Positions 47,701-61,550 are shown, numbered from the stretch's first letter. The stretch: 64,000 bases of DNA from Pristiophorus japonicus (GCF_044704955.1 NC_091984.1:147436001-147500000); one strand, 5' to 3'. Translations and numbers: made by a program. Notes: generated by a model not told the origin, from the sequence alone.

Positions 47701-50069
47701 ATGTGCCCTCAGTGGTGATGTGACCCGCGGAGGTCATGTGCCCATATAAGTCCTGCCCGCTGTGTGTATCAGTTTAAGGTGGGTGTTGGGGGTGAAGGGC
47801 CAGACCTGAGATACAGACCATACGGACAAGGCAACATTCACATCCCTGGGCAGCCATGTTGCATTGAGCAGCTGGTTGTTCCTAATAGACAACCCTCCGC
47901 ACCACAGACTCTCAAAGTCCTTGTGGCAAAAGGTGTAGAAATGGGAGTGTCCCACAGACATTTCCAGCAGCATTGCCCCAAATTGGGATTTTCATGTGTC
48001 GGGGATTGAAACTGTTTAATGACGTCATGAAGAATTAGTTGTGACATCAGAGCATTTTGTTGTGACATCAGAGCGGTCCATTGTGACATGTGTTCCAGTC
48101 TTCGCCCCTTAAAATGGCCGTTTATTGCCGACCAGCCCAGGTTTCTACCCCACATATCCTCCCTGCTTTCCTCCTTTGGCCTCGAGAGAGAAATCTCAGA
48201 TCACACACAGATCGGGAGAACTTTATCCGGGAACATTGCGGCACACTTGTATAAACACACTTCAGCAAGGCTTCATGTTGGGTGTCGGTGTAGAAGCTTC
48301 TAGATTGCATTTAAAAGCTTGCTGCCCAGCACCGGGGTGAGGTCAAGGGTGAGGCGACAATTAGCCTCAGTTGACCGGGGTCAGGCAGGGTCACTGCTCC
48401 CAATGATCCCGTGACCTCCTGGAAGGTCAGAGTGCGTGGACAATGGGCGAGGGTCAGGATCAGGGCCCTCTCACTTCAATGAAAGAAAGCCTTAAATTTA
48501 TATTGCGCCTTTCACAACCTCAGGACGTCCCAAGATGCTTTACAACCAATTGCACACAGGAAGATTTTCGAGGATGTTGCGAAGACTGGAAAATTTTAGC
48601 TATGAGGAGAGATTGGATAGGCTGGGTTTGTTTTCTTTGGCACAGAGGAGGCTGAGGGGAGATTTAATTGAGGTGTATAAAATTATGAAGGGCCTAGATA
48701 GAGTGGATAGGATGGAACTATTTTCCTCAGCAGACTGGTCAACAACCAGGGCATAGATTTAAAGTAATTGGTGAGAGGTTTAGAGGGGATTTGAGGGGAA
48801 ATTTCTTCACCCAGAGGGTGGTGGGGGTCTGGAACTCACTGCCTAAAAGGGTGGTAGAGGCAGAAACCCTCACCACTTTTAAAAAGTACTTGGATGTGCA
48901 CTTGAGTTGCCGTAACCCACAGGGTTACGGACCCAGAGCTGGAAAGTGGGATTAGGCTGGATAGATCTTTGTCGGCTGGCGTGGACACGATGGGCCGAAT
49001 GGCCTCCTTTCATGCAGTAAATTTCTCTGATTCTATGAAGCTCCAGACTGCAATGAGATCATGACCAGATCATCGGTTTTAACTATGTTAGTTGTGGGAT
49101 AAATATTGGCCAGGACACTGGGAAGAACCTCCTTGTCCTTCCAATCATGATTATATGAGCTTTCATGCCCACTTGAGTTAGATTTAGCGTAGTTATGTAA
49201 AAGGACAAAGATAGAGCAGGAATAAAGGTTCTCAATTGCGGAAAGGCCCATTTTACTAAGCTGAGAGGTGATTTAGCAAAAGTGGGCTGGAAACAGCTGC
49301 TTGAAGGTAAATCAGTGTCAGAGCAGTGGGAGGTATTCAAGGGGGAGATAGTGAGTGTTCAGAGTAAGTATGTTCCACAAAGGAAAAGGGTGGCCCCTGG
49401 ATGGCAAAGGGCATACAGGGTAGGATAAGGCAAAAAAGGGAAGCTTATGTCAGATACCCAGAGCTAAATACTGCAGAAAGCCCAGAGGCACATCGAAAGT
49501 GCAGGGGTGAAATTAAAAAGGAAACTAGGAATGCAAAGAAAGGGCATGAAAAGATATTGGCAAGTAAAATCAAGGAAAACCCAAAGATGCTTTGTAAATA
49601 CATAAAGAGCAAGAGGATAACTCAGGAAAGAGTTGGGCCGATTGGAGACCAAAAAGGGAACCAGTGTGTGGAGGCAGAAGACGTGGGTATGGTTGTAAGT
49701 GAATACTTTGCATCTGTCTTCACAGAAGAGAGGAACGATGCAGACATTGTAATTAAGGAGAAGTATGAAATATTAGATGTGATAAACATAGTGAGAGAGG
49801 AAGCATTCAGGGGTTTAGCTTCTTGGAAAGTGGATAAATCCCCAGGCCCAGTTGAAATATATCCCAAGGGAGGAAATAGCGGAGGTTCTGACCATCATTT
49901 TCCAATCATCCCTGGCTACAGGTGTGGTGTTGGAGGACTGGAGGACTGCTAACGTGGTACCTTTGTTAAAAAAGTGAGAAAAGGATAGCCCAAGTAATTA
50001 CAGGCCAGTCAGCCTAACCTCGGTGGTGGGAAAATTATTGGAAACAAATCTGAGGGAGAGGATAAATTG

Positions 50070-53000
50070 AGCAATAGTGATTGGGGATTCAATGGTGAGG
50101 GGAATAGATAGGCGTTTCTGCGGCCGCAACCGAGACTCCAGGATGGTATGTTGCCTCCCTGGTGCAAGGGTCAAGGATGTCTCGGAGCGGGTGCAGGACA
50201 TTCTAAAAAGGGAGGGAGAACAGCCAGTTGTCGTGGTGCACATTGGTACCAACGACATAGGTAAAAAAAGGGATGAGGTCCTACGAAACGAATTTAAGGA
50301 GCTAGGAGCTAAATTAAAAAGTAGGACCTCAAAAGTAGTAATCTCGGGATTGCTACCAGTGCCATGTGATAGTCAGAGTAGGAATCGCAGGATAGCGCAG
50401 ATGAATACGTGGCTTGAGCAGTGGTGCAACAGGGAGGGATTCAAATTCCTGGGGCATTGGAACCGGTTCTGGGGGAGGTGGGACCAGTACAAACCGGACG
50501 GTCTGCACCTGGGCAGGACCGGAACCAATGTCCTAGAGGGAGTGTTTGCTAGTGCTGTTGGGGAGGATTTAAACTGATATGGCAGGGGGATGGGAACCAA
50601 TGCAGGGAGACAGAGGGAAACAAAAAGGAGGCAAAAGCAAAAGACAGAAAGGAGATGAGGAAAAGTGGAGGGCAGAGAAACCCAAGGCAAAGAACAAAAA
50701 GGGCCACTGTACAGCAAAATTCTAAAAGGACAAAGGGTGTTAAAAGAACAAGCCTGAAGGCTTTGTGTCTTAATGCAAGGAGTATCTGCAATAAAGTGGA
50801 TGAATTAACTGTGCAAATAGATGTTAACAAATATGATGTGATTGGGATTACAGAGAAGTGGCTCCGGAATGATCAGGGCTGGGAACTCAACATCCAGGGG
50901 TATTCAACATTCAGGAAAGATAGAATAAAAGGAAAAGGAGGTGGGGTAGCATTGCTGGTTAAGGAGCAAATTAAGGCAATAGTTCGGAAGAACATTAGCT
51001 TGGATGATGTGGAATCTATATGGGTAGAGCTGCAGAATACCAAAGGACAAAAAACGTTAGTGGGAGTTGTGTACAGACCTCCAAACAGTAGTAGTGATGT
51101 TGGGGAGGGCATCAAACATGAAATTAGGGGTGCGTGCAATAAAGGTGCAGCAGTTATAATGGGTGACTTTAATATGCACATAGATTGGGTTAACCAAACT
51201 GGAAGCAATACGGTAGAGGAGGATTTCCTGGAGTGCATAAGGGATGGTTTTTTAGACCAATATGTCGAGGAACCAACTAGGGGGGAGGCCATCTTAGACT
51301 GGGTGTTGTGTAATGAGAGAGGATTAATTAGCAATCTCGTTGTGCGAGGCCCCTTGGGGAAGAGTGACCATAATATGGTGGAATTCTGCATTAGGATGGA
51401 GAATGAAACAGTTAATTCAGAGACCATGGTCCAGAACTTAAAGAAGGGTAACTTTGAAGGTATGAGGCGTGAATTGGCTAGGATAGATTGGCGAATGATA
51501 CTGAAGGGGTTGACTGTGGATGGGCAATGGCAGACATTTAGAGACCGCATGGATGAACTACAACAATTGTACATTCCTGTCTGTCGTAAAAATAAAAAAG
51601 GGAAGGTGGCTCAACCGTGGCTATCAAGGGAAATCAGGGATAGCATTAAAGCCAAGGAAGTGGCATACAAATTGGCCAGAAATAGCAGAGAACCCGGGGA
51701 CTGGGAGAAATTTAGAACTCAGCAGAGGAGGACAAAGGGTTTGATTAGGGCAGGGAAAATGGAGTACGAGAAGAAGCTTGCAGGGAACATTAAGACGGAT
51801 TGCAAAAGTTTCGATAGATATGTAAAGAGAAAAAGGTTAGTAAAGACAAACGTAGGTCCCCTGCAGTCAGAATCAGGGGAAGTCATAACGGGGAACAAAG
51901 AAATGGCGGACCAATTGAACAAATACTTTGGTTCGGTATTCACTGAGGAGGACACAAACAACCTTCCGGATATAAAAGGGGTCGGAGGGTCTAGTAAGGA
52001 GGAGGAACTGAGGGAACTCCTTATTAGTCGGGAAATTGTGTTGGGAAAATTGATGGGATTGAAGGCCGATAAATCCCCAGGGCCTGATGGACTGCATCCC
52101 AGAGTACTTAAGGAGGTGGCCTTGGAAATAGTGGATGCATTGACAGTCATTTTCCAACATTCCATTGACTCTGGATCAGTTCCTATGGAGTGGAGGGTAG
52201 CCAATGTAACCCCACTTTTTAAAAAAGGAGGGAGAGAGAAAACAGGGAATTACAGACCGGTCAGCCTGACATCGGTAGTGGGTAAAATGATGGAATCAAT
52301 TATTAAGGATGTCATCGCAGTGCATTTGGAAAGAGGTAATATGATAGGTCCAAGTCAGCATGGATTTGTGAAAGGGAAATCATGCTTGACAAATCTTCTG
52401 GAATTTTTTGAGGATGTTTCCAGTAGAGTGGACAAGGGAGAACCAGTTGATGTGGTATATTTGGACTTTCAGAAGGCTTTCGACAAGGTCCCACACAAGA
52501 GATTAATGTGCAAAGTTAAAGCACATGGGATTGGGGGTAGTGTGCTGACATGGATTGAGAACTGGTTGTCAGACAGGAAGCAAAGAGTAGGAGTAAATGG
52601 GGACTTTTCAGAATGGCAGGCAGTGACTAGTGGGGTACCGCAGGGTTCTGTGCTGGGGCCCCAGCTTTTTACACTGTACATTAATGATTTAGACGAGGGG
52701 ATTAAATGTAGTATCTCCAAATTTGCGGATGACACTAAGTTGGGTGGCAGTGTGAGCTGCGAGGAGGATGCTATGAGGCTGCAGAGCGACTTGGATAGGT
52801 TAGGTGAGTGGGCAAATGCATGGCAGATGAAGTATAATGTGGATAAATGTGAGGTTATCCACTTTGGTGGTAAAAACAGAGAGACAGACTATTATCTGAA
52901 TGGTGACAGATTAGGAAAAGGGCAGGTGCAAAGAGACCTGGGTGTCATGGTACATCAGTCATTGAAGGTTGGCATGCAGGTACAGCAGGCGGTTAAGAAA

Positions 53001-53660
53001 GCAAATGGCATGTTGGCCTTCATAGCGAGGGGATTTGAGTACAAGGGCAGGGAGGTGTTGCTACAATTGCACAGGGCCTTGGTGAGGCCACACCTGGAGT
53101 ATTGTGTACAGTTTTGGTCTCCTAACCTGAGGTAGGACATTCTTGCTATTGAGGGAGTGCAGCGAAGGTTCACCAGACTGATTCCCGGGATGGCGGGACT
53201 GACCTATCAAGAAAGACGGGATCAACTGGGCTTGTATTCACTGGAGTTCAGAAGAATGAGAGGGGACCTCATAGAAACGTTTAAAATTCTGACGGGGTTA
53301 GACAGGTTAGATGCAGGAAGAATGTTCCCAATGTTGGGGAAGTCCAGAACCAGGGGACACAGTCTAAGGATAAGGGGGAAGCCATTTAAGACCGAGATGA
53401 GGAGGAATTTCTTCACCCAGAGAGTGGTGAACCTGTGGAATTCTCTACCACAGAAAGTTGTTGAGGCCAATTCACTAAATATATTCAAAAAGGAGTTAGA
53501 TGAAGTCCTTACTACTAGGGGAATCAAGGGGTATGGTGAGAAAGCAGGAATGGGGTACTGAAGTTGCATGTTCAGCCATGAACTCATTGAATGGCGGTGC
53601 AGGCTAGAAGGGCCGAATGGCCTACTCCTGCACCTATTTTCTATGTTTCTATGTTTCTAT
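50070..53660 (+). mobile_element. Young, nearly intact CR1 LINE: partial ORF1 SGNH esterase and complete ORF2 (APE-RT) with one nonsense codon
   Basis: ORF 50077-50577 (GDS...GTND...DGLHL); ORF 50655-53135 ends in TAG where sister copies have AAG, and the frame continues to 53561; tttctatg tail; inserted into ataaattg|tcatatag. Confidence 0.97.
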
Positions 53661-54404
53661 GTCATATAGAAAGGGACGGATTAATCAAGGACAGTCAGCA
53701 TGGATTTGTTAGTGGAAGGTCGCGCCTGACTAACTTGAGTGAATTTTTTGCGGAGATAACAAGGAGGGTCGATGAATGTTGCACCTTTCATGTTGTCTAC
53801 ATGGATTTTTGCAAGGCATTTGGTAAAGTCTCACATGGCAGAAAAGTAAAAAGCCCAGGGATCCAAGGGAAAGTGGCAAGTGGGATCCAAAATTGGCTGA
53901 GTGGCAGTCTCTCACTCTGTCTCCGTCTCTCGCTCTCCCTTCCCCACAGACTCCCAGGTGCAGCACACTGAAATGCAGAGTAAACCTCCCTGTGCCCTGC
54001 CCCACCAATGGATGTTAACCCTTGACCCCAGAGCATGCCTTCTCCTGGAGTAAGGCCCCATTACCCACAGTGGCCATCCCTTTGCCTCTCTCAGTACACT
54101 GGCTGTTTATTGCCCAATTAAGGGCCGTTCTGTGCTGTGGGCCTATTCTCAGTGGGGACCGGTTTGGACAGAAATCTCATTTCATGAAGGCTCAACAGAG
54201 GGAGGAGATCCTCACCCCATCGATGTGAGCTGGAGCGACAGGACAGGGTCTGACCCACGGCCCCATCCTGTCTGCTCAGAACATCTTCGAATCCCTTCCC
54301 CTCTCCTTCCCCTTCCATGGCCTGGCTGCAGGTCAGGGTGTGCCAATGATCCCAAATTTGCACCAGGAAGGGTCCGCACTCCACGTCTACCATGGACTCC
54401 ATAT

Positions 54405-54580
54405 CCCACTGGTCCTCCAATCGAGCCCAGGCAACATGGTTCCTTCTTATTGGTCCCCCAGTAGGGACCAGGAAACATGGCTCCTTCCTATTGGTCCCAC
54501 AATAGGGACCAAGAAATATGGATCCTTCCTATTGGTCCCCCAATAGGGACCAGGCAACATTGCTCCTTCCTATTGGACCA
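54405..54580. repeat. Inverted paralog of the 41-bp palindromic minisatellite (~4 units)
   Basis: cctattggtcccccaatagggaccagg units. Confidence 0.85.
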
Positions 54581-54999
54581 CACTGAACTACTGCCCCTGA
54601 CATCCCTGCCCTCTGAGAGTCTGTGCTGAGGGTGAGGTGCCCTGCGGTCAGTTATCCTGTTGGCAAGCATCTTGAGAATGTTGGCACGTTAAAGGCACCA
54701 GATCAATGCAGACTGTGTGTGGATTTCGGGTGTGGATAGTGCTGGACACAATGGTGAGGCCTCCTGCAGTCGGATATCCTGCTGAGAGAGTCCAGGCTTA
54801 CACACGTGGAATGGGGAAGTGGGTGAGGTTGGAACGTGCTGTCAGGGCCCATGGAACTGGACCCCAGCATGAAGCCTTCCTCAGGAGAGGAGAGGGAATG
54901 TTCAGAGCCCTGGGCTCCATTTTCCACACCAGGCATTTCCTGTCCCAGTGAATGAATGAGATGCCAATTTTGTGCCCAGGTTAGGGGCAGTCTAGTGCT

Positions 55000-57390
55000 G
55001 TGGAAAACTGCAAAAGTAATGCCCCTCTTTAGAAAAGAAGGCAGTCAAAAAGCAGGAAACTATAGACCAGTTAGGCTAACATCTGTAGTTGGGAAAATGT
55101 TGGAGTCCATTGTTAAAGAAGCAGTAGCAGGAGATTTGGGAAAGCATAATTCAGTCCGGCAGAGTCAGCATGGATTTATGAAGGGGAAGTCATGCTTGAC
55201 AAATTTGCTGGAATTCTTTGAGGTTATAAAGAACAGGGTGGATAAAGGGGAACCAGTGGATGTGGTGTATTTGGACTTCCAGAAGGCATTTGAGAAGGTG
55301 CCACGTAAAAGGTTACTGCGCAAGATAAAAGTTCATGGGGTTGGGGGTAATATATTAGTATTGTTAGAGGATTGGCTAACTAACAGAAAACAGAGAGTCG
55401 GGATAAATGGTTCATTCTCAGGTTGGCAATCAGGAACTAGTGGGGTGCCATAGGGATCAGTGCTGGGACCTCAATATTTACAATCTATATTAACGACTTG
55501 GATGAAGGGACTGAGTGTAATGTTGCCAAATTTGCTGATGATACAAAGATGGGAGGAAAAGCAATGTGTGAGGAGCACACACAAAATCTGCAAAAAGACA
55601 TAGACAAGCTAAGTGAGTGGGCAAACATTTGGTAGGTGGTGTATAATGTTGGAAAGTGTGAGGTTATGCCCTTTGCCACAAATAATCATTAAGCAAATTA
55701 TTATTTAAATGGAAACAAATTACCAAGTGCTTCAGTACAGCAGGACCTGGGGGTCCTGGTGCATGAAGCACAACAGGATAGTATGCAGGTACAGCAATTG
55801 ATCAGGAAGACAAATGGAATCTTGGCCTTTATTGCAAAGGGGATGGAGTATAAAAGCAGGGAAGTCTTGATACAATTATACAGGGTATTGGTGAGGCCAC
55901 ACCAGGAAAACTGCATACAGTTTTGCTTTCCATATTTACGAAAGGCTAAACTTTCAAGCAGTTCAGAGAAGGTTCATAGAAACATACAAACAAAGAAAAT
56001 AGGTGTTGGAGTAGGCCATTCGGCCCTTCGAGCCTGCACCACCATTCAATATGATCATGGCTGATCATGCAACTGCAGTACCCCATTCCTGCTTTCTCTC
56101 TATACCCCTTGATCCCTTTAGCTATAAGGGCCATATCTAACTCCCTTTTGAATATATCTAACAAAGTGGCCTCAACAACTTTCTGTGGCAGAAAATTCCA
56201 CATGCTCACAACTCTCTGACTGAAGAAGTTTCTCCTCAACTCGGTTCTAAATGGCTTACCCCTTATCCTCAGACAGTGATCCCTGGTTCTGGACTTCCCC
56301 AACATCGCAAACATTCTTCCTGCATCTAATCTGTCCAATCCAGGCAGAATTTTATATGTTTCTATGAGATCCCCACTCATTCTTCTAAATTTAATTGAAT
56401 ATAAGCCTAGTCGATCCAGTCTTTCTTCATTTGTCAGTCCTGTCATCCCAGGCATCAGTCTGGTGAACCTTCGCTGCACTCACTCAATAGCAAGAACGTC
56501 CTTCCTCAGATTAGGAGACCAAAACTGTACACAATATTCAAGGTGTGGCCTCATCAAGGCCCTGTACAACTGCAGTAAGACTTCCCTGCTCCTATACTCA
56601 AATCCTCTCGCTATGAAGGCCAACATGCTATTTGCCTTCTTCACCACCTGCTGTACCAGATGTCTCATTGAGCAAGAGGCGCTTCAGGTGCCTGGACAGG
56701 TCTGGAGGCGCCCTTCAGTACTCACCAGCGAGGATGTACAGGATAATTGTGGTGTGCTGCATTATGCAAAACATAGCACATCAATGAGGACTATTTGTGC
56801 AGGAGGAACCAGTAGCTCAGCACTCCTCATCTGATCTGCATTCCAATGAAGTGGAGGAGGACAAGGAGCAGGAAGAGAAAGAAGAAGCCGCCAAAGTCAC
56901 CACTGGGATGATTCCGGGGATGAGGGGGTTGACTTATGAGGAAGGTTGAGTCAGTTGTGCCCTTGCTCATTGGAATTTAGAAGAATGAGAGGTGATCTTA
57001 TCGAAACGTATAAGGTTATGAGGGGGCTCGACAAGGTGGATGCAGAGAGGATGTTTCCACTGATAGGAGAGACTAGAATGAGCGGGCATGATCTTAGAAT
57101 AAGGGGCCACCCATTTAAAACTGAGATGATGAGGAATTTTTCCTCTCAGAGGGTTGTGAATCTGTGGAATTCGCTGCCTCAGAGACCTGTGGAAGCTGGG
57201 TCATTGAATAAATTTACAAAAGCGAGCGACAGTTTCTTAACCGATAAGGGAATAAAGGGTTATGGGGAGCGGGCATGGAAGTGGAGCTGAGTCCATGATC
57301 GGATCACCCATGATCTTATTAAATGGTGAAGCAGGCGTGAGGGGCCGTATGGTCTCCTCCTGCTCCTATTTCTTATGTTCAATATGTTCT
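55000..57390. mobile_element. CR1 (+) interrupted by CR1 (-, 55975-56660) and a Harbinger fragment
   Basis: ORFs 54956-55453, 55759-56064, 55946-56479 and 56946-57290. Confidence 0.85.
56662..56900 (+). mobile_element. PIF/Harbinger (HARBI1-like) transposase C-terminal fragment
   Basis: Translates KRRFRCLDRSGGALQYSPARMYRIIVVCCIMQNIA, matching the Harbinger C-terminal K.RFRCL...CC.LHN motif. Confidence 0.7.
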
Positions 57391-57974
57391 TAAAGTGAGG
57401 AGGAGTGGGACTAAATGGGTAATTCTTTCAAAGAGCCGGCACAGGCACGATGGGCCGAATGGCCTCTTTCTGTGTTATAAGATTCTAGGCTGTGAGCGCA
57501 ATTCACAGTTTTCTCCCGTGTCATTAACAAACGTACAGCTGTGACAACCTCCCTCTTTCACTTCCTCTGTGGGTGAAGTTTCATTCTTCTGATCTGACAA
57601 TCTCTTCAGTTATTTTTTGCACGGGGGATTTCTGCTGTGGTCTGTGTCTCTAATAATAACCATCCAATCAGGCAGAATAACAGCAGCTCGGACCGGCTAG
57701 GACAGCGGACCCAGGCTCAGTACTGACCCTGCAACGTCCTCCTCACCAACATCTGGGGACTTGTGTCAAAAGTGGGAGAGCTGCCCCACAGACTAGTCAA
57801 GCACCAGCCTGACATTGTCCTACTCACAGAATCAGATCTTTCAGTCAATGTCCCACAGCCCACCCCTCACACCGCACCCCCCCACCCCCCGAATCCCGTG
57901 AAAAATAAACAGGAACTCTTTTGAAGAAGAGTCTGTTCTGAGATTCTGGGTGTGAGATATTCTGTGCTGAGAAA

Positions 57975-58900
57975 ACAATCACTATCACTACAGAAAAAGT
58001 ACTTGGTAAAATAATGGAACTAAAGGTGGACAAATCCCCTGGACCTGATGGCCTGCATCCTCGGGTCTTAAATGAAGTTGCTGCAGAGATAGTGGATGCA
58101 TTGGTTGCAATCTACCAAAGTTCCCTGGATTCTGGAAAGGTCCCAGCAGATTGGAAAACTGCAAATGTAACGCCGCTATTTAAAAAAGGAGGGAGACAGA
58201 AAGCAGGAAACTGTAGACCAATTATGCCCAACATCTGTGGTTGGGAAAATGCTGGAGTCCATTATTAAGGAAGCAGTAGCAGGAAATTTGGAAAAGCATC
58301 ATTCAATCAAGCAGAGTTAGCATGGTTTTATGAAGGGAAAGTCATGTTTGACACATTTGCTGGAGTTCTTTAAGGATGTAAAGAGCAGGGTGGAAAAGGG
58401 AGAACCAATGGTTGTGGTGCATTTGGATTTCAAGAAGGCATTCAATAAGCTGACACAAAAGATTAATGCGCAAGGTAAGTTGCCCCTCGAGCCTGCTCCG
58501 CCATTAAATAAGATCATGGCTGACCTGATCATGGAGTCAGCTCTACTTCCCTGCCCGCTCTCTATAACCCTATGTTCCCTTATCGCTCAAAAATCTATCG
58601 ATCTCCGCCTTAAATATATTCAATAACCCAGCCTCCACAGCTCCCTGGGGCAGAGAATTCCATAGATTTACAACCATCTGAGAGAAGAAATTCCTCCTCA
58701 TCTCAGTTTTAAATGGGCGGTCCCTTATTTTGAGACTATGCCCCCTAGTTTTAGTTTCCCCTATGAGTGGAAATATCCTCTCTGCATCCACCTTGCCGAG
58801 CCCCCTCATTATCTTGTATCTTTCAATAAGATCACCTTTCATTCTTCTGAACTCCAATGAGTATAGGCCCAACCTACTCAACCTATCTTCATACGTCAAC
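57975..58900. mobile_element. CR1 fragments (+ 57975-58460, - 58480-58900)
   Basis: ORFs 58014-58268, 58330-58626 and 58570-58899. Confidence 0.85.
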
Positions 58901-58990
58901 TTCTCATCCCTAATTGCCCTTGAGAAGATGATGGCGAGCCGCCTTCTTGATCTGCTGCAGTCCCAAAGTGCTGTTATTGAGGGGTATCAC

Positions 58991-59368
58991 TCCAGTGTGT
59001 GGGTTTATCACTCCATTGGAGGCACTGAGGCCGATGAATACCGTAAACCAGAGGCAATCGTATTGGAGGGCAACTATTAGAAAAGGAAGATTGAGGTTGT
59101 AATTAAAGAATATCATAAATGGAGGAACTATTTTAAAAAGAGATCACACAAGAATAGAGATGATGATTTGTCCAGCCTGGAAAACGAGGATATCATTGCA
59201 AAGAGTATGGAAAAATGGTCAGGTCAAATATTACAAGATTCAGTCCCCATGGAGGAGGGGGACACAATTCTCTGTGACTTAGAATACCTTCTCTCCGATA
59301 TCTCGGATACGCTGTTCACCATGATGCACCAGACAAAGCCATGGCCAAATGCAGGCTGGGGCCATTAG
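58991..59368 (+). pseudogene. MLXIPL: Processed pseudogene fragment of ChREBP/Mondo (glucose-sensing module region)
   Basis: PVCGFITPLE/GTEADEYRKPEAIVLEGNY*KRKIEVVIKEYHKWRNYFKKR...LLSDISDTLFTM; one frameshift near 59020 and TGG>TAG at 59078-59080; no introns. Confidence 0.85.
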
Positions 59369-59789
59369 AGGGAGCAGCACCTGCTGATGCACTGTGGGCA
59401 GGTACAGCAGGAATGGCAATGTCAGGACGAAGGAGCGGCAATAGTTTGTAGAATGATGTGATCGGTGCCCAGGAGAGGCGAGGGCCCGGGGACAGCACGG
59501 GCCAGCCCACATTATTATATGTGTGCGCACTAGGTCCATGCAGCAGAGCTGGTCTCTGGTCGTCTTGGTTAATCCTTGCCACTAGACCAAGACCTAGCTC
59601 TTGCACATCAGCCACTACACGGGCTTGAAACAGCCACCACACGTTAAAAAAAGTCCATGCACAGAAATCTTCCACCCTTCAGGATGTAGTTTGGGATCCG
59701 GAATAGCAATGAAATACCTGTGAACTCATCCCTTTTCGGCATGGAAGCAAGTCATCCTCATTTCGGGGGACTGCCTATGATGATGATGA

Positions 59790-60485
59790 CATTGAGGAAG
59801 TTCTATGATTTTGACCTCGTGACGATGAAGAAACAGAATATACGTTTCCAAGTCTGGATGGTGTGTGACTTGGAGGGGAACTTGGAGGTGATGGTGTTCC
59901 CATGCGCCGGCAGCACTTGTCATTCTAGGTGGTAGAGGTCGTGGGTTTGGGAGGTGCTGCCGAAGAAGCCTTGGCAAGATGCTGCAGTGCATCTTGTACA
60001 TAGTACACACTGCAGCCACGGTTCGCCGGTGGTGGAGGGAGTGAATGTTTAAGGTGGTGGTGCCAGTCAAGCGGGCTCCTTTGTCCTGGATGGTGTCGAG
60101 TATCTTGAGAATTGTTGGAGCTGCCCTCAGCCAGGCAAGTGGAGAGGTTCCATCACACTCCTGACTTGTGCCTTGTAGATGGTGGAAAGGCTTTGGGGAG
60201 TCAGGAGGTGAGACACTCGCCACAGAATACCCAGCCTCTGACCTGCTCTTGTAGCCACAGTATTTATGTGGCTGGTCCAGTTAAGTTTCTGGTCAATGGT
60301 GACCCCCAGGATGTAGGTGGTGGGAGGTTTGGCGATGGTAATGCCGTTGAATGTCAAGGGGCAGTGGTTAGATTCTCTTGTTGGGAGAATGCTCATTGCC
60401 TGGCACTTGTTTGGTGTGAATGTTACTTGCCACTTATCAGCCCAAGCCTGAATGTCGTCCAGGTTTTGCTGCATGTGGGCATGTG
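59790..60485 (-). mobile_element. L2/CR1-group LINE RT C-terminal fragment
   Basis: WADKWQVTFTPNKC...LGVTIDQKLNWTSHI...IYKAQVRSVME. Confidence 0.8.
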
Positions 60486-61021
60486 CCAGTTCATTGGATA
60501 TATTCAAGAGGGAGTTAGATATGGCCCTTACGGCTAAGGGGATCAAGGGATATGGAGAGAAAGCAGGAAAGGGATACTGAGGGAATGATCAGCCATGATC
60601 TTATTGAATGGTGGTGCAGGCTTGAAGGGCCAATGGCCTACCCCTGCACCTATTTTCTATGCTTCATTATCTGAGGAATATTAATTAAGGAAAGCCAACA
60701 TAGATTTGTTGAAGGCAAATTGTGTTTTGCCAATTTGATTGAGTTTTTTGATGAGGTAACAGAGAGGGTTGATGAGGATAATGCGGTTGACGTATTCCAA
60801 AAGACATTTGATAAATTGCCACATAATAGGCTTGCCAGCAAATTTGGAGCCCATGGAATGGGGAATGGTAGCATAGTGGTAATGTTGCTGAACTCATAAT
60901 CCAGAGACCTGAACCAATAATCCACAGACATGAGTTCAAATCCCATCACATCAGCTGGGAAATTTAGATTTAGTTAATTAAATAAATCTGGAATAAAAAA
61001 GCTAGTGTTAGTAATGGTGAC

Positions 61022-61550
61022 CATAGAAACATAGAAAATAGGTGCAGGAGTCGGCCATTCGGCCCTTCGAGCCTGCACCGCCATTCAATAAGATCATGGC
61101 TGATCATTCCTTCAGTACCCCTTTCCTGCTTTATCTCCATACCCCTTGATCCCCTTAACCGTAAGGGCCATATCTCACTCCCTCTTGAATATATCCAGTG
61201 AACTGACATCAACAACTCTCTGCGGCAGGAAATTCCACAGGTTAACAACTCTCTGAGTGAAGATGTTTCTCGTCATCTCAGTCCTAAATGGCCGACCCCT
61301 TATCCTAAGACTATGTCCCCTGGTTTTGGACTTCCCCAACATCGGGAACATTCTTCCCACATCTATCCTGTCCAGTCCCGTCAGAATCTTATATGTTTCT
61401 ATGAGATCCTCTCTCATCCTTCTAAACTCCAGTGAATAAAGGCCCGGTTGAGCCAGTCTCTCCTCATATGAGAGCCCAGCCATCCCTGGAATCAGTCTGG
61501 TGAACCTTCGCTGCACTCCCTCAATAGCAAGAACGTCCTTCTTCAGACTA
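61022..61550 (-). mobile_element. CR1 3' fragment
   Basis: ORF 61175-61516; catagaaacatagaaa tail. Confidence 0.9.

Larger units (their letters stand above)
48185..57855 (-). repeat. Inverted segmental duplicate of the kappa cluster scaffold (5' flank fused to distal J-C intron), with no V, J or C
   Basis: 57400-57855 vs 6790-7240; 54670-54995 vs 7320-7650; 54250-54580 vs 13100-13430; 53908-54255 vs 15122-15450; 53660-53907 and 48185-50068 vs 25958-28550. Confidence 0.88.

Noticed and set aside
38025-48185. A second C exon or V-J for the duplicated segments
   Set aside because: No Ig-domain motifs, RSS or FGxG J seen on either strand by eye
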